Origin: Ignavibacteriaceae bacterium | GTDB lineage: Bacteria; Bacteroidota; Ignavibacteria; Ignavibacteriales; Ignavibacteriaceae | Assembly: GCA_014860115.1 (NCBI GenBank) | Contig: JACZKK010000158.1 | Span: 5,176 to 69,175 of the forward strand | Length of the DNA: 64,000 nt | Direction: 5' to 3' | Part shown: positions 56,174 to 64,000 of the stretch, piece after piece | Position numbering within the stretch: the first letter of the stretch is position 1 | Layout: each line of letters opens with the position of its first letter | Notes under the pieces: generated by a model | The model's database searches: none | Told to the model about the DNA's origin: nothing | Seen by the model: the letters and a program-made list of their open reading frames with translations, nothing else | Position numbers and translations under genes: made by a program

Positions 56174-57004
56174 TTAACCGGGGAATCTATCCCCTTTTCC
56201 TCTTTCACCTTTAAGTGTTAAAATTTCCGAAGCAATTTCTTCGATCGGCTTATTTGTAACATTGATTATTGCCCAACCCGGATTCTTGCTAAAAATATTT
56301 CTTGCATACATTAGTTCCATCCGTACATACTCAATGTCATCGTAATCCCCCACCGCACCGCCAAGATAATTTTGCCTTGCACGACGAAGTTCAGCTAATG
56401 CACGTGCATTTGTATCGAGACAAAATACATTTGAAGCAAGCAGTTTATTGATTATAGGAGGGAACTCCTGTCCCATAATAATTGGAACATTTGCTACAAA
56501 CCAGCCTTTAAATGCAAGGTAAATGCTCAGCGGTGTTTTGAACGTTCTTGAAACACCCAGCAAAACTATTTCTGCTTTTTTCAGCTCATTTACTCGCTGA
56601 CCATCATCGTGATGAAAAGCAAATTCCATCGTTTCAATTCTTCTGAAATAAGTTTTATTCAGCTGCCCAAAAAGTCCCGGCTTTTCTGCGGGTGACACAG
56701 AAAATTCTTCCGAAAGTCTTGCGAGAAGTCCGCCCATTAAGTCAATCGTATCAACATTATTTTTTCTTCCACCACGAAGCATAGCTTCGCGAAGCTTATC
56801 AGTAACCAAAGTATGCACGATAAAACCACCATCTTCTTTTGCTTCCTTAATTACATTAATAACCCTCTGCTCGGTTCTTACTTTTGGTCTTCTGAAGAGG
56901 TTCACTTTAACATTACCGAACTGGGCTAGCGCAGCATTGAGTGCCTGCTCGGCTGTACGGCCGGTTCCATCAGAAACTATGTAAATGTTATATTCCTTCT
57001 TCAT
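56174..57004 (-). CDS. pyruvate,water dikinase / PPDK regulatory protein (PpsR/PDRP, DUF299)
   Basis: 276 aa. 'IYIVSDGTGRTAEQ', 'VLLGVSRTFKTPLSIYLA' P-loop-like motif. Colinear with E. coli PpsR as recalled. No ppsA/ppdK in the window. Confidence 0.9.
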   Translation of the reverse strand: MKKEYNIYIVSDGTGRTAEQALNAALAQFGNVKVNLFRRPKVRTEQRVINVIKEAKEDGGFIVHTLVTDKLREAMLRGGRKNNVDTIDLMGGLLARLSEEFSVSPAEKPGLFGQLNKTYFRRIETMEFAFHHDDGQRVNELKKAEIVLLGVSRTFKTPLSIYLAFKGWFVANVPIIMGQEFPPIINKLLASNVFCLDTNARALAELRRARQNYLGGAVGDYDDIEYVRMELMYARNIFSKNPGWAIINVTNKPIEEIASEILTLKGERGKGDRFPG

Positions 57005-57077
57005 TGCACAAAGAAATAAGAATTCTCTGATTCAACTTAAGACTAAAGAAAGATTAAGACAATAACTGAGGTTGGTT

Positions 57078-58133
57078 TTACAGATATTTCACAATTGAAC
57101 CGTGCACCATATCTGCTGTAAGTTCTTTAATACATTTAAACTTAACATCTGTTCGGTTACAAATTAGCGGTCTCGGTGAATAGAAGAAACAGGGTGAACA
57201 ATCGAGATTGAGCGAAACAATCTGGTGTTCGGTTTTCCAGGGGTGTATATAATTTTGATTTGTCGGACCGATTATCGCAACTACCTTTAAACCAAGAGCA
57301 GCAGCAATATGCATCTGACTCGAATCGTTCGTCACAAACACATTGCATCGTTTCATCATTGCCGAACTCTGTGTAAGACTTTCAGCATTGATAATTATGG
57401 CCTTATCAGAACCAATCAGCGAAAATATTTTTTCCTTTAGCTCTTTCTCTTCGGGTCCGCCAAAAAGCACAATTCTTGCGGAATGATCCTTAATAAGTTT
57501 TTTCCCAAGTTCGGCAAACTTTTCCGGTTCCCACCTGCGTTTAATATGATTCTTTAATGTTGCGCATCCCGGATGAAAACCAACAATAAGTTCATCAGCC
57601 GAAACACCAGATTCATCGAAAAATTTGTTTCCCGAAACAATTTCATTCTCAGGGATAGGATACTCAAGCGGTGGTTCTTCATTAAACTTCTTACCAATCA
57701 GTGCTTCGCACAATTTAATATTAGCTAGAACGTTGTGAACATCATCATTTTCAAGAACTCTTACATTATTCAACAAGCCGAAATTACTTTTATTCTTTCT
57801 CAGGTAAGTGATCCCAGCCCTTTTGCTTGCCCCGATAAGGAAACTGATAATATTATATTCTTTTCTATTGGAAGGGTAGACGTTTATTGAGGCATCATAT
57901 TTTTTTCTTAATTGAAATAGGAATTTAAAGGACTTGAAAGCTCCTTCTTCTAAAAAATTAAAATGAATTACTTTACTAAGATTAGGATTAGAAGAATATA
58001 TTTCCTGAGATCCTTTGTACATTACCAGCGCATCGATTTCTGCTTCAGGTAGACTTTCCCGCAAAAGTTTCAATGCAGGCGTAAACATTAATGCATCACC
58101 GATACCTGAGAGAGCAATTATTAAAATCTTCAT
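57078..58133 (-). CDS. glycosyltransferase family 9 (heptosyltransferase-like)
   Basis: 351 aa. 'ILIIALSGIGDALMFTPALKLL'. 'FVTNDSSQMHIAAALGLKVVAIIGPT'. Confidence 0.85.
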   Translation of the reverse strand: MKILIIALSGIGDALMFTPALKLLRESLPEAEIDALVMYKGSQEIYSSNPNLSKVIHFNFLEEGAFKSFKFLFQLRKKYDASINVYPSNRKEYNIISFLIGASKRAGITYLRKNKSNFGLLNNVRVLENDDVHNVLANIKLCEALIGKKFNEEPPLEYPIPENEIVSGNKFFDESGVSADELIVGFHPGCATLKNHIKRRWEPEKFAELGKKLIKDHSARIVLFGGPEEKELKEKIFSLIGSDKAIIINAESLTQSSAMMKRCNVFVTNDSSQMHIAAALGLKVVAIIGPTNQNYIHPWKTEHQIVSLNLDCSPCFFYSPRPLICNRTDVKFKCIKELTADMVHGSIVKYL

Positions 58134-58144
58134 ATGAAAATTTA

Positions 58145-58170
58145 CAAAAAAAGTCCGGCAAATGCCGGAC
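58145..58170 (-). terminator. rho-independent terminator for the DUF2723 gene
   Basis: gtccggc (58153-58159) pairs with gccggac (58164-58170). The minus strand continues TTTTTTTGT. Confidence 0.7.
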
Positions 58171-58195
58171 CTGATATTAACTAAAAATAATTTCT

Positions 58196-61168
58196 CTAGT
58201 TACCTGAAGTATCCTTCGGCTGAGTCATCTGTTGATATCTTTCAATATTCGATTTCACTGTTGGATCATTCGGGAACAAAGTTTCAAGCTTTTGCCAAAG
58301 TGCAAGCAACTTATCATACTGTTCAGTGTTTTCATAAATCTCAATGAGAAGTCTGTAAGGATTATAATATGACTGGACATCCTCAGGATTTTTTTCAAGA
58401 TCTGCCAAAGCTCTTGTTTCCACATCGGCCGAAATCTCAGAAAACTTCTCTCTGTCACCAGCAAAAAAGTACAGATTAGCAACCTCAAATAATAAACCAT
58501 TATCCATTCCCAGTACTTTGTAAGGCAGCTTTTCATTCATATTATTTAATGTAGCAACGAGATTCTGATTATCACCGACACTTCTATAATAAACCGCCAA
58601 TCTCATAAATGCATTTCGATAGTTTTGAACCATACGAGTATGGTTTTCGTCAAAAAAGATTGTTGGGTCGTTCAGACCTGTAAACCTGAATCCGGGCAGA
58701 AAACTTTTGCTCGCAACAACATTGCCTTCAATCTGTGCTTTTACTATTTCCTCGTTTATAAATTCGCTACCGGGTTGTCGTCTCTCAGGAACTAGTCTGA
58801 AAGTCATTCCTTCCATCTTTAAATAATCCTGCAAACCAATTTTGCTATCATCCGAACAAGTAACAGCAAAATAAATTGGTCTTTCCCAGTTATTTGCTTC
58901 AACAATTTCTTTAACCATAATATCCTGAACACGAATAGCTTTAATGTCACCAAAGGTCAAAGTATTCGACATCTTCCACGTCATTTTTCCAGCACTTATC
59001 ACAGAAGTATCTTTAATTGCGTATTCGTTTATGATTTTTAACAATTCCTCCTGGCTGCCAGCTCTTGGTGTAGGAATAGTTATATCAGTTGGCGACCATT
59101 GTGTTGGTCTTAAATCGGTAGAATTAATTCTCGCATCCGGGATTCTTATTTTAACCGCTCCAACTCCGTAAGGATCGTTGTTCTTTAATTGTCTTACATA
59201 CCAGTCAGTATTTAAAAGACTTAGATTAACAATTTTCACATCTCTTCTTACTCCCTCAACATCCTGAAGATACCAAAGCGGGAAAGTATCGTTATCACCG
59301 TTTGTAAATAATATTCCATTTGGTGCAGTACTCTGCAAAATATTATATGAATAATCCCATGGAACCCAGTTTCTTGATCGATCATGAGTATGATAGTTAG
59401 CGTCCAGCATTTTTATCGGGATTAGTACAAAGGTAAAAGCAAGTACTCCAAAAACAGCGGCAGTGCCATAAGTTTCTTTTTTGATTTTTTTTCGGACTAT
59501 ATCAGCCAATCCGCGCACACCGATAGCAATCCAAATCGAAAAGACAAAAAACGCACCCACATAGAAGTAATCACGTTCTCGTGGCTGCGGCTGCTGCTGG
59601 TTTTGATAAAAAGCAGTGAGATACCCCAGTAAAATAAATGCTACCATAAAGACTGACGCCATTTTCCAGTCTCTTCTGAAGTGATAATAAATTCCGAATA
59701 GACCTATAAGTAGCGGAATGCCAAATAAGGAATCGGACGCTTTTCCTTCAAAATTTACACGAATAATTTTTCCAAAAATATTTCCAATGGAATTAAAGGG
59801 AGCGATATTTGCCCCGTCATCCTGAACCCAGCCTTCACGACCAGCATAGTTCCAGAGTAAATATCTCGTCATCATATGATTCATCTGATAGTCATAAAAG
59901 AAATCCAGATCGCTGGAGTAATTTGTAAAAACTCTTTGCTGATGAGGTTCACTGGAAAACCTTCTTTTAAAAGTGGGGAAATCACCGTACTGTTCTCTGT
60001 TAAGATATTTCTCCAATTCAGGGAATGTTTTTGGCTCGTTTTCGTTCATTGGTGGATTTTGATTAGCTCTAATAATTACCATTGAAAATGTTGTGAATCC
60101 TAACAGAATAAAAATCGCAGACATAAAAACCATGTGCAAAGTTGGTTTGTTGTTTTTCATCGTGTAATACACTGCATAACCCAACATTGCTAGAATAAGT
60201 GCAAAAAGAATTATTTCAACAACAATGTTTTCTTTTCCAATAGAGGTCATCAAAGAAGGCAGAAACTTTACTACCCCGGGATATGTTGCAAAGAGTGCTA
60301 TTCCCCCGATAATAATTGGCAGATAAAAAGAATTCTTATTGAAAACTTTCTTCCAGTAAATTCCCATAATAATTGCACTGATACCTACAAACATCAGCTT
60401 GAATTTTGTATCAAAATCACTGTATTGTTCATTCGTTGGAGGTGTTGCACTGGTCTCACTAGCCCACCATACAAGTGCAAGCACTAAAATTATTCCTGCA
60501 TGTGTGAGCAAAATATAGCCTGTTTTCTTAAGGGCCTCTTCATCATCCATATATTTCCTAAAGAAAATTACCATAACAACAGGAACTATAGTTAATACAC
60601 TCATCAGGTGAACACCGGTAGATAGGCCAACAAGGTAAGCAATAGCTAAAATATATTTTTCGCTATCCTTGTTATCAGCACGTTCGTACCATCTAATTAT
60701 CAGATATATAATCGCAGCTACGAGCAGAGTACTAAAAGCATAAACTTCTGCTTCCACACCGTTAAACCAGAAAGTATCACTGAATGCAAGTGAAAAAGCT
60801 CCAATTGCTGCTGCGGTGTAAGTTATGATGGCATCCAAAATTGTTTCGGGTTTCTTACCCTTAAAATTATTTATAAGCTTAACTGCAATCAGATATAGAA
60901 GGAAAGTAGATAAAGCACTTGAAAAAACTGAAATAAGATTGACTTTCAATCCAATGTTTTCAATGAAGGGAATTTTGGAAAATATGTTACCGATAATTAA
61001 GAAAAACGGTGTCCCGGGAGGATGTGGAACCTGAAGGTAATAGCTGGCAGCTATAAATTCTCCGCAATCCCAGAAAGAGACTGAAGGTTGTACAGTCATC
61101 GAGTAAACTATCAGAGTAACAAGAAAGACTCCTGCGGCATAAAGCCTGTGTAAAAGTTTTAAGTTCAT
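58196..61168 (-). CDS. DUF2723-family GT-C-like membrane protein with C-terminal helical-repeat region
   Basis: 990 aa. 'VQPSVSFWDCGEFIAASYYLQVPHPPGTPFF' is the DUF2723 N-terminal signature as recalled. More than 12 TM helices. TPR-like C-terminus. Confidence 0.8.
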   Translation of the reverse strand: MNLKLLHRLYAAGVFLVTLIVYSMTVQPSVSFWDCGEFIAASYYLQVPHPPGTPFFLIIGNIFSKIPFIENIGLKVNLISVFSSALSTFLLYLIAVKLINNFKGKKPETILDAIITYTAAAIGAFSLAFSDTFWFNGVEAEVYAFSTLLVAAIIYLIIRWYERADNKDSEKYILAIAYLVGLSTGVHLMSVLTIVPVVMVIFFRKYMDDEEALKKTGYILLTHAGIILVLALVWWASETSATPPTNEQYSDFDTKFKLMFVGISAIIMGIYWKKVFNKNSFYLPIIIGGIALFATYPGVVKFLPSLMTSIGKENIVVEIILFALILAMLGYAVYYTMKNNKPTLHMVFMSAIFILLGFTTFSMVIIRANQNPPMNENEPKTFPELEKYLNREQYGDFPTFKRRFSSEPHQQRVFTNYSSDLDFFYDYQMNHMMTRYLLWNYAGREGWVQDDGANIAPFNSIGNIFGKIIRVNFEGKASDSLFGIPLLIGLFGIYYHFRRDWKMASVFMVAFILLGYLTAFYQNQQQPQPRERDYFYVGAFFVFSIWIAIGVRGLADIVRKKIKKETYGTAAVFGVLAFTFVLIPIKMLDANYHTHDRSRNWVPWDYSYNILQSTAPNGILFTNGDNDTFPLWYLQDVEGVRRDVKIVNLSLLNTDWYVRQLKNNDPYGVGAVKIRIPDARINSTDLRPTQWSPTDITIPTPRAGSQEELLKIINEYAIKDTSVISAGKMTWKMSNTLTFGDIKAIRVQDIMVKEIVEANNWERPIYFAVTCSDDSKIGLQDYLKMEGMTFRLVPERRQPGSEFINEEIVKAQIEGNVVASKSFLPGFRFTGLNDPTIFFDENHTRMVQNYRNAFMRLAVYYRSVGDNQNLVATLNNMNEKLPYKVLGMDNGLLFEVANLYFFAGDREKFSEISADVETRALADLEKNPEDVQSYYNPYRLLIEIYENTEQYDKLLALWQKLETLFPNDPTVKSNIERYQQMTQPKDTSGN

Positions 61169-61244
61169 TATTTCCTCGTTAGAAAAAGAAAACCAAAATT
61201 AGTTACAATTCGATTTGTATACAATGAAAACAAGGTTTTAAGTT

Positions 61245-61487
61245 TCAATTCTCTGAAGTTTTATCATCAGTTTTTTTGAAGAACTTATCATATTTTGAAG
61301 TATCGACGGGTTTATGATATTTATCGTGAAGTTCCTTAAGACGCTTCATGGAGACCGTGTCGAATTCATCATCGTCTTTATCTCTTTTGATGAACAACTT
61401 AAATTCATCATATTCCTGGCGGGTAAAATTCCTTTCATATTTTTTTAGCACTTCCAGATATTTTTTCTGTTCTCTATAAGCTGACAT
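61245..61487 (-). CDS. hypothetical highly charged small protein
   Basis: 80 aa, Lys/Glu/Asp-rich. No obvious SD. Confidence 0.35.
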   Translation of the reverse strand: MSAYREQKKYLEVLKKYERNFTRQEYDEFKLFIKRDKDDDEFDTVSMKRLKELHDKYHKPVDTSKYDKFFKKTDDKTSEN

Positions 61488-61628
61488 AAAATAGATTTTT
61501 ATTCCAAATTGTTTTTATTTCTTCAGAAAGATAACCATTATTAAACGTTGAAAAAAAACAACAGCATATAGACGATAAAAAGGATCAATTAGTTCAATAG
61601 GGAAAAAATATTGTGCGATCTTTGAAGT

Positions 61629-61967
61629 TTATTTAATGAAGATGCTCCTGTACTCCTCACCCCATTCACGTAACATATCAATAACCGGAATTACTGATTT
61701 GCCAAGTAAAGTTAAACTATACTCAACCTTCGGGGGAACTTCCGGGTACACTTTCCTGGTAACGATTTCAGATTCCTCAAGTTCTCTAAGTTGCTGAGTC
61801 AGCATTTTATGAGTTACTTTCGGAAGAGATCTCCTAAGTTCACCATACCGTTTAGAATCATCTTTTAGTCTCCAGAGAATGGGCATCTTCCATTTGCCGC
61901 CTATTATATCAAGAGAAAGTTCAACGGTGTTGTTAAATTTTTTCTCTTTAAAATTGAATTCAGGCAT
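61629..61967 (-). CDS. HxlR-family winged-helix transcriptional regulator
   Basis: 112 aa. 'LDIIGGKWKMPILWRL...RYGELRRSLPKVTHKMLTQQLRELEESEIVTRKVYPEVPPKVEYSLT'. Confidence 0.9.
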   Translation of the reverse strand: MPEFNFKEKKFNNTVELSLDIIGGKWKMPILWRLKDDSKRYGELRRSLPKVTHKMLTQQLRELEESEIVTRKVYPEVPPKVEYSLTLLGKSVIPVIDMLREWGEEYRSIFIK

Positions 61968-62063
61968 ATTTTTACCATTACTTACTTTATATATAGTATA
62001 TAATTATTTAATATATATAATTGATAATATACCATATATCTTGAAATCGCACAAATTAAAATT

Positions 62064-62678
62064 TCAGATTCTATTTCTTTTCTTAAGATAATAATACCAC
62101 AAAAAATATGCGGCTAGAGAGCGTAATGGTTTAAGTTTTTTTGTAAAACGAACAATCCCATCATGTGATTTTAGCTTTGTCAACTCTTTAATGGTTGTAA
62201 TCAGGGCAATATCACCTAAAGGAAAAATATCCTTGTTCTGCAAACAAAACATCAGATAAATATCCGTTGTCCAATCTCCGATTCCTTTTATACTTGTAAG
62301 TTTTTCCCTCACTTCCTCTGGACTTAGTTTGGCTAGTTTATCGAATTTCAAATCTTCATTTATCACAGCTTCTGATAAAGCACGGAGATATTTTGCTTTC
62401 TGTCTGCTTATCTGACAGGCACGCATTTCTTCATCTGTAAGTTTTAAAACTTCCGACGGAGTGAACTTCGTTAAATAATTATTAAGTTTATTAAAATGCG
62501 CCTCGGCTGACGCAAGACTAATTTGCTGCTCTAAAATTATTTTTGATAATGAAACGAAACCTTCCGGTCTTTGCCAGTTGGGAGGATTTCTGTATTTATC
62601 TTTAATCTCTGCAAACAGTTTGTGGGTGGAAATAAGTTTTTTAACATCGATAGGGTTTACAATTTTATTTTGTCTCAA
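62064..62678 (-). CDS. HhH-GPD DNA glycosylase (3-methyladenine glycosylase II/AlkA-like)
   Basis: 204 aa. 'LTSIKGIGDWTTDIYLMF' helix-hairpin-helix plus Gly/Pro loop. Catalytic-Asp region 'FPLGDIAL'. Confidence 0.8.
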   Translation of the reverse strand: MRQNKIVNPIDVKKLISTHKLFAEIKDKYRNPPNWQRPEGFVSLSKIILEQQISLASAEAHFNKLNNYLTKFTPSEVLKLTDEEMRACQISRQKAKYLRALSEAVINEDLKFDKLAKLSPEEVREKLTSIKGIGDWTTDIYLMFCLQNKDIFPLGDIALITTIKELTKLKSHDGIVRFTKKLKPLRSLAAYFLWYYYLKKRNRI

Positions 62679-62749
62679 CGGAAAATTAATTACTATCTTT
62701 TTTGACTAAAAAAGTAATCTGTAATTTCTTTAAAATATTTTTTTTATCG

Positions 62750-63103
62750 CTACAATTTAACTTCCATCAGGTATGATGTTAGCTGCTTTATCAAACCATT
62801 CTTCATAGCAAAAATATCACAGAAATTCAGGTTGATATATTCAGATGCTTTCTTCTTAGCACGAACGGTTCCTTCTGTGATCACTACATTATTTTCTTCA
62901 ATGGTTCTTGTAACAACAATTACCGGTTTTCCTTCAAATGCAGGATTTTCAATTTCTCTGTCAAACTCTTCTTTTCCTTTTAGATGAAATACTCCAGGTA
63001 AAATCCATTCTACATCATCTGTCAGACAAGATAAGATTTGTTTGTGATCCAACTTATTGAAGCCATCAATATATTTTTCAACAACTTTTTTATTCTCGCT
63101 CAT
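62750..63103 (-). CDS. SnoaL-like / NTF2-fold protein
   Basis: 117 aa. 'VEKYIDGFNKLDHKQILSCLTDDVEW' is a typical SnoaL_2 N-terminus. Confidence 0.65.
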   Translation of the reverse strand: MSENKKVVEKYIDGFNKLDHKQILSCLTDDVEWILPGVFHLKGKEEFDREIENPAFEGKPVIVVTRTIEENNVVITEGTVRAKKKASEYINLNFCDIFAMKNGLIKQLTSYLMEVKL

Positions 63104-63109
63104 TTTTTG

Positions 63110-63733
63110 TCAATTGTTTTTAACATTATAATAAAGATGTGTAATCGCTTTTGAATGAATCACATTTTTTATTTCAAAAGAAAATTTTGTTTTATCCAGG
63201 TGTTCAAACAACCTGGCTCCCGAGCCCAGGAAAATTGGTGCCAGATGAACAATAAACTCTTCAACTAATCCTTCGTTCAGATATTGCTGAATCGTTTTCG
63301 CTCCACCTGAAATGCGCACATCTTTTTCACCTGCAACTTTCTTCGCTTTAAGCAAAACTGTTTGAACGTCTTCATCTGTAAAAAAGAAAGTTGTTCCGCC
63401 GGGTCTTTCCCAAGGCTTCCGTTTTTGGTGAGTTAATACATAAACCGGACAATTGAATGGAGCTTCCTCAGGCCAGTTTGCTTCTCCTTCCACAAACATT
63501 CTTTTGCCCATAATGTTTGCACCAATCCGGTTAAACGTTTTTTCTATTATCTCATTATCAATATTATTTGTTTCTCCGCCTTCCATACCAAGATGTTCCC
63601 TGAAACTTTTTTGCCTGAACATCCATTCGTGAATCTTTAAACCGCCATCTCCCAAAGGATTTTTTTCTCCACCATTCAGTCCTGCAATAAATCCATCAAG
63701 CGACATCCCCAGATCAGCAAAAACTTTTGACAT
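63110..63733 (-). CDS. dihydrofolate-reductase-family protein (RibD C-terminal domain)
   Basis: 207 aa. 'ADLGMSLDGFIAG', 'GKRMF', 'ISGGAKTIQQYLNEGLVEEFIVHLAPIFLGSG'. Confidence 0.8.
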   Translation of the reverse strand: MSKVFADLGMSLDGFIAGLNGGEKNPLGDGGLKIHEWMFRQKSFREHLGMEGGETNNIDNEIIEKTFNRIGANIMGKRMFVEGEANWPEEAPFNCPVYVLTHQKRKPWERPGGTTFFFTDEDVQTVLLKAKKVAGEKDVRISGGAKTIQQYLNEGLVEEFIVHLAPIFLGSGARLFEHLDKTKFSFEIKNVIHSKAITHLYYNVKNN

Positions 63734-63768
63734 TGGAATCTATCCTTTATTATTTAAAAATAATTATT

Positions 63769-64000
63769 TTATTTATCCATAACAGGAACCGGATTGAATG
63801 TCTGTTGTGATTCATTTTCCTCCGATTTAGCATGCTCTTTTGATTTAGTAAATCGAGCCAACAATGTATAAACAACCGGAACAATTACTAATGTTAAGAA
63901 TGTTGAAAAAAGCATTCCTCCTACTACAACCAATCCTAGCGGACGTCTTGATTCACCGCCAGCACCTAGACCAATGGCAATTGGAAGAATACCAAAGATT
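63769..64000 (-). CDS. partial CDS: C-terminus of an RND-family efflux permease (AcrB/CzcA type)
   Basis: Not in the track because it runs off the window edge. My translation: 'IFGILPIAIGLGAGGESRRPLGLVVVGGMLFSTFLTLVIVPVVYTLLARFTKSKEHAKSEENESQQTFNPVPVMDK*', a classic RND TM12 plus tail. Confidence 0.85.
   Translation of the reverse strand, partial: IFGILPIAIGLGAGGESRRPLGLVVVGGMLFSTFLTLVIVPVVYTLLARFTKSKEHAKSEENESQQTFNPVPVMDK

Noticed and set aside
1-64000. Searched by eye for CRISPR arrays, IS/transposase/integrase genes, reverse transcriptases, toxin-antitoxin pairs, restriction enzymes, and rRNA/tRNA/RNase P/SRP/tmRNA signatures.
   Set aside because: I found no regularly spaced repeat array, no ORF with transposase, integrase, RT, Cas or REase motifs, and no conserved ncRNA core sequence (for example GAGGAAAGUCC or a tmRNA/tRNA acceptor-T arm). 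Absence judged by eye is not proof, and Infernal/tRNAscan should confirm it.

Overview
AT-rich, densely coding chromosomal segment (about 60 CDSs, mostly short gaps) from a bacterium. The content suggests the FCB superphylum, Ignavibacteria/Bacteroidota-like: a short 287-aa sigma-70, a TonB-dependent receptor, two proteins with T9SS C-terminal sorting domains, bacterial RRM RNA-binding proteins, and Shine-Dalgarno sites upstream of many starts. This placement is inference; no search was run. Content is housekeeping plus cell envelope: rpoD, prfC, tkt, folE, NDH-2, acyl-CoA dehydrogenase, RlmI and PpsR-like protein; glycosyltransferases of the GT9, GT39/ArnT-like, DUF2723 and GT28-like types; lipoproteins; two-component regulators; transporters. 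I found no rRNA, tRNA, CRISPR array, transposase, integrase, reverse transcriptase or recognisable defence island. From 28.5 kb to the window end, all 35 CDSs lie on the minus strand. The most unusual item is an overlapping gatE-gatD pair, the archaeal-type Glu-tRNA(Gln) amidotransferase, inside this bacterial context. Weaker leads:
- two tandem NarL-type response regulators that share the same non-canonical receiver residues;
- an orphan beta-class DNA methyltransferase with a degenerate SAM motif, divergent from a Cys-rich DUF116-like gene;
- three RRM paralogs, one with a terminator-like hairpin and U-tracts directly upstream of its SD;
- a hairpin with minus-strand terminator polarity that has no minus-strand gene to serve;
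- a 32-aa hydrophobic small ORF.
I cannot demonstrate a new multi-gene system from sequence alone. All family assignments rest on motifs read by eye and recalled family signatures.
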